Source of the DNA: an uncultured delta proteobacterium
GTDB taxonomy: Bacteria; Myxococcota; Myxococcia; Myxococcales; Myxococcaceae
DNA: 64,000 nt
Direction: 5' to 3'
NCBI GenBank assembly: GCA_963771175.1
Contig: CAVYSY010000008.1
Location: forward strand, 48,299-112,298
The position numbers were made by a program, and so were the translations under genes. How positions within the stretch are numbered: the first letter of the stretch is position 1; each line of letters starts with the position of its first letter. Shown here in pieces: positions 12,917 through 22,380 of the stretch. Below the pieces are notes generated by a model. That model saw only the letters and a list, made by a program, of their open reading frames with translations, was not told where the DNA came from and ran no database searches.

Positions 12917-12952
12917 GAGGGCCGCCCCGGTGCATCCGGGACGGCCCCCTCG
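12917..12952. terminator. Probable bidirectional terminator hairpin
   Basis: gagggccgccccgg-tgca-tccgggacggccccctc between convergent genes; a near copy lies at 15358-15391. Confidence 0.6.
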
Positions 12953-12981
12953 AGGCCCCTCCGTGACTCGGGGCGGGCGCG

Positions 12982-15000
12982 CTAGCGCCGGGCGCTCTTC
13001 TGCCGGGCCTGGTGCCGGCGGAAGTCCTCATGCCAGGCGCCGTTGAGCTTCGTCAGCACCTCGCGCGTGTCCCGCACCTGCTGCTTCTCCAGCGTGAGCT
13101 GCGTCTGGCTGTCGCCCACCAGGAAGCCATTGGCATACAGCGTCCGCGCCTCGGGCCCGGCCTTGGCCAGCTCCTCCGGCGTGCCCAGCGCGAAGTTGAA
13201 CACCTCATCGTTGTAGGGCACGCGCTCCACGCCCACCAGCTTCGTCGCCCCGGCGCGCGTCAGCAGGACCTCGCCCACCTTCAGCTCGCCGGCCTGCACC
13301 ACGCCGCGCTTCGCCGTCACCATCGGGTGGGTGCCCGTCACCATCACCTCGGCGCCCTTCTCATCCCGCAGCTTCACCACCGGCTTGCTCTCGCCGCCGC
13401 GCGACACCGTCGTCACCGTGAGCGCCAGGCCGTTGCCATTGGCCAGCAGCTTGTCGCCCACCTTCACCTGCTCCACCGGCACCGACTGGCCATCCGCCTT
13501 CACCACCTGCGTCCCCTTCGCCAGACAGGAGTTGCGCCAGTCGAGGGTCTGGACGGACGTGGTGCGCGTGTTGATGCCCGACTGGGTTGCCTGGGGCGAG
13601 GTCGCGCCGAGCACGATGCAAGTGGACTTCACCGTGGAGCGCACGACGAGCTTCGTGTTCTGGAGGGTGCTCAGGCAGTCCTTGCCGAAGTCCACCAGCC
13701 CGTCGAAGGGGAACTCCATGATGTTGTTGTCGTAGAGGTCCCGGGCGTACGGCTTGAGCGGCAGGGCGCTGTGCGCCACGACCGTGCCCGGCACCCGGTG
13801 CCACCGGCACACTTGCCACCCGTCTCCAGGAGGATGAGGGCCACGTCGCTGTCCTGGGCGTCCACCCGGCACCAGGTCTTCAGCGAGAGCCGATGCTTGC
13901 CGCGCATGGCCAGGTAGAGGTGGCTCTGGTCATAGACACCGCTCGCGGGCTCCCAGTAGTCCCCCCGCTTGGGGACCCAGGAGCCGGAGGGCGGCCGGGA
14001 CAATTCGGCATCCACCGCGCCAATGCCGGTGAAGGGCTTGGCGAACGGGCGGAAGTCCCCCGTGACGGGGTCCTTGCTGCCCGAGGCGTAATCACAATCC
14101 ATGGCGCCCAGGAGGCTGCCGCGCTCCAGGCAGGTGCGGATGGGATTGTCCGTGAGGTGCTTGCCGATCTGCTCACGGGGGTGGGCGAAGAGGATGGTGT
14201 TGGTGAAGGGCGTGGGCGAGGGCTGCGCCCCCAACGAGCCGAGCGAGGACTCGGCCACGGTGTAGGAGATGTGCGACTCGCCCGTGGCCTCGTTGAAGGC
14301 CATGGACACCGAGTCCACGAAGAAGACCTCATCGGAGTTGGCCTGCATGCCGAGGTCGAGCGTCGGCGTCTCCAGCACCTTGCCCGCGTACTCCTCGTAG
14401 GACTCGGTCCCCAGCACGCGGAAGCGCTGGCGCGTCGCATCGGTGGCGAAGGCGGTGACGTCGACGTAGCCGTAGTCCGAGCCGTTGAAGCAGGTGACGA
14501 GGCCCGAGGCCTGGAACTTCACCTCGGTGGAGTCGGGGCTGACCGCGTCCGCGAGCGGCAACAGGTGGCCGCACCACGGATTCTCCCGGGTCTCCGTCGA
14601 GGTGAGCGTGTCCTTACGGGTCTGCACGCCCGGGACTCCGGCCTTCTTGTCCTTGCGCAGCTTGTCGAGGCGGCGGAAGAGCTGCGGCGAGTTCTCCGGG
14701 GTGCTACCCGAGGCCTGGAGCCGGTTCTTCACGAAGCGGAACTGCGCCTCGTCGGAGAGGTCCACGGGCATCTCCCGGCTCACCCGGGGCTTGTTGGAGT
14801 CCCGCGCCTGGGCACTGACCTGCTGATCCCACTGCGAATAGAGCTGGGCCATGTGGAGCGAGTCCTCGGCCAGGATCTCCTTGTCCACCTGCTGCGGCGC
14901 CTTCTGCTGGGCACAGCCCGCACCGAGCACCGTCAGGAATGTGAGAGCCGGGACGAGACGCTTGAGCATCCGGGGGGAGCCATTCAACGACAGCTTCATG
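12982..15000 (-). CDS. Lipoprotein with C-terminal Hint domain, paralog 1 (indel near 13795)
   Basis: Lipobox LGAGC; Hint blocks CLAKGT, TGTHPM, VFNFALG...LYANGFLVGD; ORFs 13671-15023 and 12982-13872 join. Confidence 0.88.
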
Positions 15001-15357
15001 GGGTTCACCTCAGGGGATGACAACGACAGACAATTCCTCTCGAACGACTGGGAGGGAGACCTACAGGGTGAGCAGATGTGGAGTACAGGTAGGAGAGGGG
15101 GTCAATCGCTCCTCTTGCAGGTTCGCTCAGCAACGTGGGGATGCCTCGCCGGATGATGAAGACAGGCGGAGAAAAGCTTTTTCCTGCCTGTCCAAACACA
15201 GACACAGTCTGGGGACCCCCCGCGAACAGCGAACAATCCCGTGTGCCTCCCGGGGAGGGCACCCGGCCGGCCGAGCGGATGCCCCTGCACGCCCTCCCGC
15301 CCTGCGCGTGAGTGTTCTGCCTCGGCGCACCCTCGGAGAGCGGCCCCTGGAAAAGCG

Positions 15358-15391
15358 GAGGGGCCGCCCCGGTCACCCGAGACGGCCCCTC
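15358..15391. terminator. Terminator-like hairpin after Hint paralog 2
   Basis: gaggggccgccccgg-tca-cccgagacggcccctc; homologous to the hairpin at 12917-12952. Confidence 0.55.
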
Positions 15392-15432
15392 GAGACGCTC
15401 GGCGATTCAGGGCAGGCGAGCCCGGCTCGCGC

Positions 15433-17406
15433 CTACTTCCTCGCCTGGCGCCGCTGGGACTGGCGGTAGTCCTCGTGCCAGGCGCCGTGGAGCTTCGCCA
15501 GCACCTCGCGAGCGTCCACCTTCCGCGCCTTCTCCAGCGCCGTCTGCGCCTGGCCGTCTCCCACCAGGAAGCCGTCGGCGAACATCGTCCGCGCCTCGGG
15601 CCCCGCCTTGGCCAGCTCCTCCGGCGTACCCAGCAGGAAGTTGTAGACGGGCCCCTGGTAGGGGATGCGCTCCACCGCCACCAGCTTCGTCGCCCCGGTG
15701 CGCGTCAGCACGGCCTCGCCCACCTTCAGCTCGCTGGCCTGCACCATGCCACGCTTCACCGTCACCATCGGGTGGGTCGCCGTCACCCGCACCTCGTGGC
15801 CCTGGTCGTCCCGCAGCTTCACCAGCGCCTCGCTCTCACCGCCGCGCGACACCGCCGTCACCGTGAGCGCCTGGCCGTTGCCATTGGCCAGCAGCTTGTC
15901 CCCCACCTTCACCTGCTCCACCACCTCGTGCGTGCCATCCGCCTTCACCACCCGCGTCCCCTCGGCCATGCACAGCCGCGTGTAGTCGATGGGCTTCACC
16001 TCTTTCTTCGCCGGGCAGCGGAAGGGCTCACTCTTCGTGGGGTCGTCGGGGAAGTAGGGGTCCTTGCACGTGCCCTCGGCGTAGACCCACATCTCCAGCC
16101 GGACGTTCTGCGAGTTGGCCACGCAGGTACCCTTGCCAAAGTCCAGGATGCCATTGAAGGGGAACTCCTGGTCCCCGATGGGCAACGTCCAGGGGAGCTC
16201 CCCCTTGCCGACCACGGTGCCACTGGTGGTGCCCTCCTCGCACCAGCCTCCCGAGTCCATCAGGATGGCCACCACCTTGCTCGTCACGGTCTCCACCTGA
16301 CAATCCTCCAGCACATGGGGCTTGAACACCCCGCGCGTGGGCACCTGGAAGCGCGTCACGTCGAAGGGCGGCACGGCCGGCTCCCAGTACGCCGTCTTGT
16401 CGGCGATCCACGTGAACGTGCCGCCGCCCGAGGTGGTGGCGTTCGTGGCGGCCACGTCCACCGCCGCGATGCCCGTGCTGCCCGTGAAGACGAAGGGAGT
16501 GAGCGTCCCATCCGGATTGGCCCGCACCGAGGCGTAATCACAGTCCGAGGAGCCGTGGAGGAACCCGCGCTCGAGGCAGATGCGGATGGGCTTGTCGTAC
16601 TGAACCGGGACCAGCAGGTCCCTCGGGTGCTCGAGGACGATCTCCCCATCACCCGAGCTTGCGTGCAGCGAGGCACTCACCGAGGCATAGGTGATGTACT
16701 CCCGGCCTGTCACCTCGTCGAAGGCCAAGGCCAGCGAGTCGACGAGGAGCGCCTTGTCGGCCGCCCGCGGCAGGGAGATGTTCATGGGCGCCGTCTCCAG
16801 CACCTTGCCGGCGTACTCCTCGTAGGACAGGCTGGTGAGCAGCGTGAAGGTCGTCTGCTCCTTGTTGGTGACGTAGGCCGTGAGGTCCACGAAGCCGTAG
16901 TCCGCGCCGTTGAAGCAGGAGGTCAGGCCCGTGCCCTCGAAGCGCGCCTGGGTCGCGTCACTGCCCTTGCCTCCGAGGAAGATCATGTGCCCGCACCACG
17001 TCTCGTCGGTCACCGACAGGGCGGACCGGGTCAGCTTCTCCAGGGGACGCTCCTCCGGCCGGAGCTGGATGTCCCGCAGGCGAGCGAAGAGCTGGGGGGC
17101 GTTCAGGGCGTTGAGCCCCGCGGCATGGAGCCGGTTCATCACGAAGCGGTGCTGCACCTTGTCGGAGAGGTCCAGCGGCATCTGATGGTTGACCCCCTTC
17201 TTCCGCACCTGCGAGCTGAGCGACTGCCGCCACTGCTCGTAGAGCAGGGTCATGGTGCGCGAGTCCTCGGCCAGGAGCTGTTTGTCCACCTGCTCGGCGG
17301 GAGGAGGTTGTCGCTGCTGACTGCACCCCGCGCCGAGCGCGGCCAGCAGCATCAGGGTGAGGAGGGGCAACGGGGACCGTGGGCCTGTCTTGGCGAGACT
17401 TCTCAT
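15433..17406 (-). CDS. Lipoprotein with C-terminal Hint domain, paralog 2
   Basis: Intact 657-aa ORF; lipobox LGAGC; Hint blocks CMAEGT, TATHPM, VYNFLLG...MFADGFLVGD. Confidence 0.92.
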   Translation of the reverse strand: MRSLAKTGPRSPLPLLTLMLLAALGAGCSQQRQPPPAEQVDKQLLAEDSRTMTLLYEQWRQSLSSQVRKKGVNHQMPLDLSDKVQHRFVMNRLHAAGLNALNAPQLFARLRDIQLRPEERPLEKLTRSALSVTDETWCGHMIFLGGKGSDATQARFEGTGLTSCFNGADYGFVDLTAYVTNKEQTTFTLLTSLSYEEYAGKVLETAPMNISLPRAADKALLVDSLALAFDEVTGREYITYASVSASLHASSGDGEIVLEHPRDLLVPVQYDKPIRICLERGFLHGSSDCDYASVRANPDGTLTPFVFTGSTGIAAVDVAATNATTSGGGTFTWIADKTAYWEPAVPPFDVTRFQVPTRGVFKPHVLEDCQVETVTSKVVAILMDSGGWCEEGTTSGTVVGKGELPWTLPIGDQEFPFNGILDFGKGTCVANSQNVRLEMWVYAEGTCKDPYFPDDPTKSEPFRCPAKKEVKPIDYTRLCMAEGTRVVKADGTHEVVEQVKVGDKLLANGNGQALTVTAVSRGGESEALVKLRDDQGHEVRVTATHPMVTVKRGMVQASELKVGEAVLTRTGATKLVAVERIPYQGPVYNFLLGTPEELAKAGPEARTMFADGFLVGDGQAQTALEKARKVDAREVLAKLHGAWHEDYRQSQRRQARK

Positions 17407-17726
17407 GGCTCATTCCATCCGAAGCAAGGGGCTGAAGACGCAGCTCTCCGAATCCAGGGAGAGGAGGAGCCCTGGTGGCGCGTTCACTCGTGGGTTGCGA
17501 AGTGGTGGGTCGGAATGCACACGCCCAGGCTCACCTCCACATTGTGTCCGCCGGGTACATTGTGCAGTGGGAACGCAACTGCTTGTGAATCGCCCAACAC
17601 CCGAGCCGGAGCCGCCGTCAGCCGCTCGACGTTCAAGGGTGACCTTGGATGGATGCGGCCCTCCACTCCTGAGCGAGGGCCGCAATCCCTCTCAATCCAT
17701 CAGAGGTTGAGTGAGAAAACTTTTTC

Positions 17727-18317
17727 CTACTTCTTCTTCACCGACTCGAGCAGCTTGCGGAAGCCCTTCTCGGCGCCGGCGACGGTGCGCTCGGGGCCGG
17801 TGAGCTTGAAGAAGATGGCGCCCTCGGGGCCCTCGACGATGGCGCCCAGCAGGCGGTAGCCGGGCTTGGGGGCGGAGGGGCCCATCATGGGGCCGCCGCC
17901 GGTATAGGTGCCCTTCACGTCCACGGTGGTGAGGGGCAGCCCGCTGACGGTCTCCTTCTTGGTGCGCGCGTCCTTGTCCGTCACCGGGGCGCCGTCGGCC
18001 TTCTGGAACTGGTTCAGCCAGCGCTTCACGTTGGCGTCCACCCCGCCGCCCTGGCCCTCGCCGAAGTAGAAGATGGCCAGCTCGGCCGCGTCCGTGTCGC
18101 CCTTGGCGGGAGCGATGCGATAGGTGGCCACGCGCATGGGCCGGGCCCCCTGCAGCTCCCAGCCCGAGGGAGCCGTCCAGGTGAGGCCGCCCGCCTCCGA
18201 GGAGGCCTGCGCGGCCGGCTGCTGCTGCGCGTGCGGGGCCTGCTGCGTCTGCTGCGCCTGGGCGTGGGCCGCGCCCACCGCCGCCACCATCGTCATCGCA
18301 CTGATCAGTCTTTTCAT
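17727..18317 (-). CDS. Conserved secreted hypothetical protein
   Basis: Signal peptide MKRLISAM...AHA; WTAPSGW...MRVATY...GGGVDANVKRW...FFKLTGP. Confidence 0.8.
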   Translation of the reverse strand: MKRLISAMTMVAAVGAAHAQAQQTQQAPHAQQQPAAQASSEAGGLTWTAPSGWELQGARPMRVATYRIAPAKGDTDAAELAIFYFGEGQGGGVDANVKRWLNQFQKADGAPVTDKDARTKKETVSGLPLTTVDVKGTYTGGGPMMGPSAPKPGYRLLGAIVEGPEGAIFFKLTGPERTVAGAEKGFRKLLESVKKK

Positions 18318-18543
18318 GGGGCGGAACCTAACCCGGGAACGCCCCCATGGCACCGGCCCTTTCCCGCTCGACGCAACGAGTCGGACCCCCTGCATGGAAC
18401 CCTGGCTCCTCACGGCCGTCCACCAGGGAGTTTCCTGTCTTGAAACCGACGCACCGTGGCCCACATGGCGAGGATGCGGAGCCCCCGGGTACGACCCACA
18501 TTGGCCCCCGGATAACTGGACCTTCGCGAGAAAGGACTCGCGC

Positions 18544-19738
18544 ATGAAGAAGACACTCACGGTCGTGACACTGCTCGCCGCCGGCGCCAGCCAGGCGTCG
18601 AGTCTCGCGGTGGACAGCCAAGGCGGCCGAGCCACCGGCATGGGCGCGGTGGGGGCGGCGAGCGCCCGGGACGCCTCCGCCATCTACTACAACCCGGCGG
18701 GTATCCTCGGAGTGAACAAGCTGGACCTCCAGCTCGGGGACACGCTCATCCTGGCCGACCTGTCCTTCACCCCCGAGGGTGGCTCGAAGGAGGGCAAGCT
18801 GATGCCCTCCCCGCCGCCCCACGGCTACTTCGCCTACAAGTTCCACGACAAGGTCGCGGCCGGTGTGGGTGTCTTCGTGCCCTACGGCTCCAACGTCAAG
18901 TGGCCGGATGACTTCTCGGGACGCTTCATCGCCCAGGAGTCGAGTCTGCTCACCCTCGACATCAACCCGACGGTGGCCTTCGCTCCGGTGGACTGGATAC
19001 GCCTCGCGGCCGGTGTGCAGATCGAGTACGGCTCGTTCGGCCTCACGCAGTTCGTGAGCCCGCTCATCCCTGGCGCGTCGGCGGAACTCTCGGCCACCGC
19101 GTGGGGCTTCGGCTACAACGCGGGCCTCCAGGTGGACGTGGTGAAGGACCTGTTCACCGTCGGGGCGCACTACCGCAGCGAGGTGAAGCTGGGCTTCGAG
19201 GGTGACGTGGACTTCCGGGACGTGCCGCCCCCGGCCGCCGGGCTGGTGCCCCCGGACCAGGACTTCTCGCTGACCTGGAGGATGCCCGCCTCGCTCTCGC
19301 TGGGTGTGTCCGTCACCCCGCTCCCGCGGCTGACACTGGCCGCCGACGCCAACTGGTTCGATTGGGGAAGCACCCAGGCGCTCACCGTCGAGCTTCCAGA
19401 CGACTCCGGAGTTCAGCCAGACGCTGCCAAAGGACTGGCACACCCGGTGGAACTTCCACATCGGCGGCGAGTACGGGGTGACGGACGCCCTGGCGGTGCG
19501 CGCGGGCTTCATCTACGACCCGACGCCCACCCCCGAGGAGACCCTCACGCCGGATATTCCGGACGCCGACCGTCTGAACTTCGCCGTGGGCGCCGGCTAC
19601 AAGTTCGGCGCCTTCCGGGCGGACCTGGCCTACCAGCTCGTCGTGCTGCAGGAGCAGCGGAGCACCTTCCCGCTGCTGCCCGGCACCTACGACGGCACGG
19701 GCCACGTGATTGGTCTGACACTCGGCTACTCGCGGTAA
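18544..19738 (+). CDS. fadL: OmpP1/FadL long-chain fatty acid outer-membrane transporter (indel near 19410)
   Basis: GMGAVGAASARDASAIYYNPAG, DINPTVAF, RAGFIYDPTP...PDADR FadL signatures. Confidence 0.85.
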
Positions 19739-19836
19739 CCCACCCGCCCTGTCAGGCAGGGTATGAAGGGCAGGATGGGGCTCGGCACTCCCGTGGGTGT
19801 CGGGCCTCGTTCTTTTCTTCCCAGAGGTGGAACGAC

Positions 19837-21117
19837 GTGAGCAGTCAGAAGCCCGGACGCAATGACCCCTGCCCCTGCGGCAGTGGCAAGAAGTACAAGG
19901 CCTGCCATGCCTCCGAGGACCGGGCACGCGAGACAGCCGCTCCGCCCGCCGCCCCCGCCCACCCGCTCGCGAGGGACCTGCAGGCGGCGATGGACATGCT
20001 CGGTGAGTCCGACATGTCGCGCGTCTCGGAGACGCTGGGCCATCTGGGCGAGCTGCTGAAGGAGTGGGGACCCGGCCCGGGCCTGCGCTTCGACGCCGAG
20101 GGTTTCGACAAGCACGTGTCCCACGCGCTCGAGCGCCTGGACGAGGCCGTCGAGAGAGAGCCCGCCCAGGCCCGGCACCTGCTGCGCGTGGGGACCGTGC
20201 GAGAGCTGGGCACGCGCGCCTTCCTCGAGCGGCTGCGCGCCACACTGCTGACTCGGGCCACCACGGCCGGCCTCTCCGCCGAGGACCGGCAGGCGCTGTG
20301 CCTGGGCGCGCTGCTCGCCTCCACGCCGAAGAGCGGCAGGTTCCAGCCCGAGGATCGGCCCGTGCTGGACGTGGTGTTCGACGTCCAGTTCCGCGAGTGG
20401 AGCTCCCGCCAGCGCCAGGAGCTGGCCTCGAAGCTGGAGACGCTCGTGTCGGGCGCGAACGACATCTCCGACGAGGCCCGCGACGCGCTCCGCAAGGCGG
20501 GACAGGGCGAGCTGGAGCCGCTGGTGAAGTACGTGGAGGGGGACCCGAAGCTCGCCGCGCGCATCGCCCAGGAAGCCCGGGAGCGCTCGGCCCGGGTGGA
20601 GGCCGCGATGCGCGAGCCCGCCACGCCGTCCGTCTTCACCCCCGAGGAGCAGATCTGGCTCACCACCGTCCTCTGGGAGCCGATGCGCGCGTTGAAGAAT
20701 CCCGAGGGGAACGCGGACGCCCGGCGCGCGGCGGTGACAGGCTTTCTCGGTGCGGCGAAGGCAGCGCTGCGCGATGACAGGGATTTCATCACGGGGATGC
20801 TGGAGCGGATGCGAGCCCAGACCCAGGACACGAAGCTCGACGAGGCGACGCGTGCCTTCTTCAGCGACGCGGCCGTGGCCTTCGAGGCGGAGCCGGTGCG
20901 CATGGTGCTCGCCGCCATCCTCACCTCTCGCAACGAGGCACAGGCACGCTCGGCCGAGGAGCAGGTGGTGCGCGCGGACCTGGAGGCCCTGACGCAGTGG
21001 ACGCCCGGGGATCTCGAGCCCTACCGCAAGCTGCTCGCGGACATGAACCTGCCCGCCGCCGCCGAGCGCATCCACCGCGCCCAGCTCTGGCTCGCCAGCC
21101 ATCCCGTCTCGGTGTGA
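19837..21117 (+). CDS. SEC-C motif protein
   Basis: N-terminal PGRNDPCPCGSGKKYKACH followed by a helical domain. Confidence 0.85.
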   Translation: MSSQKPGRNDPCPCGSGKKYKACHASEDRARETAAPPAAPAHPLARDLQAAMDMLGESDMSRVSETLGHLGELLKEWGPGPGLRFDAEGFDKHVSHALERLDEAVEREPAQARHLLRVGTVRELGTRAFLERLRATLLTRATTAGLSAEDRQALCLGALLASTPKSGRFQPEDRPVLDVVFDVQFREWSSRQRQELASKLETLVSGANDISDEARDALRKAGQGELEPLVKYVEGDPKLAARIAQEARERSARVEAAMREPATPSVFTPEEQIWLTTVLWEPMRALKNPEGNADARRAAVTGFLGAAKAALRDDRDFITGMLERMRAQTQDTKLDEATRAFFSDAAVAFEAEPVRMVLAAILTSRNEAQARSAEEQVVRADLEALTQWTPGDLEPYRKLLADMNLPAAAERIHRAQLWLASHPVSV

Positions 21118-21203
21118 TGGCCAGCTCCCTCGGGAGCGGGACGCCTTGTCAACGCGCTCCTACAGACATCCCTGTTCGAGCATGTGAGACCCACCCGCCT
21201 CCT

Positions 21204-21260
21204 GGGCGCGCGTTTCAGAAACCTGTCCGACTGTCGGACAGGTTTTTGAAAACCGCGCCC
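21204..21260. repeat. ~57-bp imperfect palindrome (core ACCTGTCCGAC-T-GTCGGACAGGT)
   Basis: Perfect 11-bp arms at 21221-21231 and 21233-21243, extended by gggcgcg..ttcagaa / tttgaa..cgcgccc. Confidence 0.85.
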
Positions 21261-21277
21261 GGCGGCCCCCTCCTGTT

Positions 21278-21346
21278 CAGCGGATTGGCCGGCAGCTCTC
21301 CACCCCAGGCACCCGACTCAACAAGCTGGTCACCCGGACCGAGTGA
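21278..21346 (+). pseudogene. C-terminal remnant of an AHH-type nuclease toxin gene
   Basis: Reads QRIGRQLSTPGTRLNKLVTRTE*, resembling the C-termini of myxobacterial AHH-domain toxins; no upstream gene body; directly precedes an Imm11-like fragment. Confidence 0.5.
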
Positions 21347-21361
21347 GGCATGGAGTTCATC

Positions 21362-21560
21362 ATGGTGAGGCGGTACTTCGACCTTTACGATGACGTCTAC
21401 ATCCCAGGGCGCTGGGAATTGGGCGCCCCGACCGACCAGCACGGCCGGGAAATAGACGATCCATGGCAGTTCGCGGATGGGCGACCGGTGAGCGTCGAGG
21501 GAGGACTCAAGCTCCCCATCAAGCGCCCTGGACAGCCGCTCGACTTTTCCCTCGCCGGAC
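21362..21560 (+). pseudogene. Truncated Imm11/DUF1629-like immunity gene
   Basis: MVRRYFDLYDDVYIPGRWELGAPTDQHGREIDDPWQF..GRPV....LKLPI..PGQPLDFSLAG matches myxobacterial Imm11-family N-termini; breaks off after about 66 aa into the convergent methyltransferase. Confidence 0.7.
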
Positions 21561-21579
21561 GTGACCCGGCGCGACACGC

Positions 21580-22314
21580 TCAGCCGCGCTGGAACACCAG
21601 GAAGTACTGGTCCGGCAGGAAGTCGTGCGTCTGGGCCTGACGGTAGCCCGCCGCCTCCAGCTCCTCGCGCACCTGCTCGGGCGACAGCTTGTGCTCCGCC
21701 GGCGGTCCCTTCGGCGACTCCTTGCGGAAGTCGATGATCACCACCCGCCCACCGGGGGTCAGCTTCTCCCCCAGCCGCCGCAGCCACGTCACCCGCTCAC
21801 CAATGTGGTGGTACGTGTCCACGATGAGCGCCACGTCCACCGGCTCCGGCAGCTTCGGATCCGCCGGCTCGCCCAGCACCGCCTCCAGGTTGCTCAAGCC
21901 CTCGCGTCGCGCGCGCTCACCCAGGTAGCGGGCCATGTCCGGCTCGACGTCCACGCCGTACACGCGCCCCTTCGGCACCGCCCGCGCCAGCCTCACCGCG
22001 AAGTAGCCCGTCCCCGAGCCGATGTCCGCCACCTTCGCGTCCGGCGCCAGCGCCAGCGCCGCCACCACCTCGTCCGGCTTCTGCCACGCGTCCCGCGCCG
22101 GATCCTCGAAGCGCTTCGCCCACTCCTCCGCGTCCTCGAAGCGGTGCGGCATCGCACCGTGGTGCTCTCCGTGCCCCTGCTGCGCGTGGGGCCTCGACTC
22201 GTGTCCGGACTCCGCTCCCGTGGAGGACCGGTGGGTACACGCGGCGCTCGACAGGAGCACGGCGGTCCAGAGCAAGAGCGGGAGTCGCTGGGGGGGGAAG
22301 ACACTCGGGGTCAT
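21580..22314 (-). CDS. Class I SAM-dependent methyltransferase (exported/lipoprotein-like N-terminus)
   Basis: RDAWQKPDEVV, VADIGSGTGYF, VYGVDVE, DTYHHI, PGGRVVIIDF. Confidence 0.9.
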   Translation of the reverse strand: MTPSVFPPQRLPLLLWTAVLLSSAACTHRSSTGAESGHESRPHAQQGHGEHHGAMPHRFEDAEEWAKRFEDPARDAWQKPDEVVAALALAPDAKVADIGSGTGYFAVRLARAVPKGRVYGVDVEPDMARYLGERARREGLSNLEAVLGEPADPKLPEPVDVALIVDTYHHIGERVTWLRRLGEKLTPGGRVVIIDFRKESPKGPPAEHKLSPEQVREELEAAGYRQAQTHDFLPDQYFLVFQRG

Positions 22315-22380
22315 GGCTGCCTCCGTCAAAGGGGGGCGCCGAGCCTATTCCCCTGGCCGCTCCTGTCCATGGTTCATGCA

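Noticed and set aside
13111..15972. Canonical inteins
   Set aside because: No terminal His-Asn, no homing endonuclease, paralog 2 has Gly at +1, and the domains are not inserted in a conserved host protein.
18124..21117. 997-aa ORF fusing FadL to a SEC-C protein
   Set aside because: Artefact of an indel near 19410; FadL ends at 19738 in another frame and the SEC-C gene has its own RBS and GTG at 19837.
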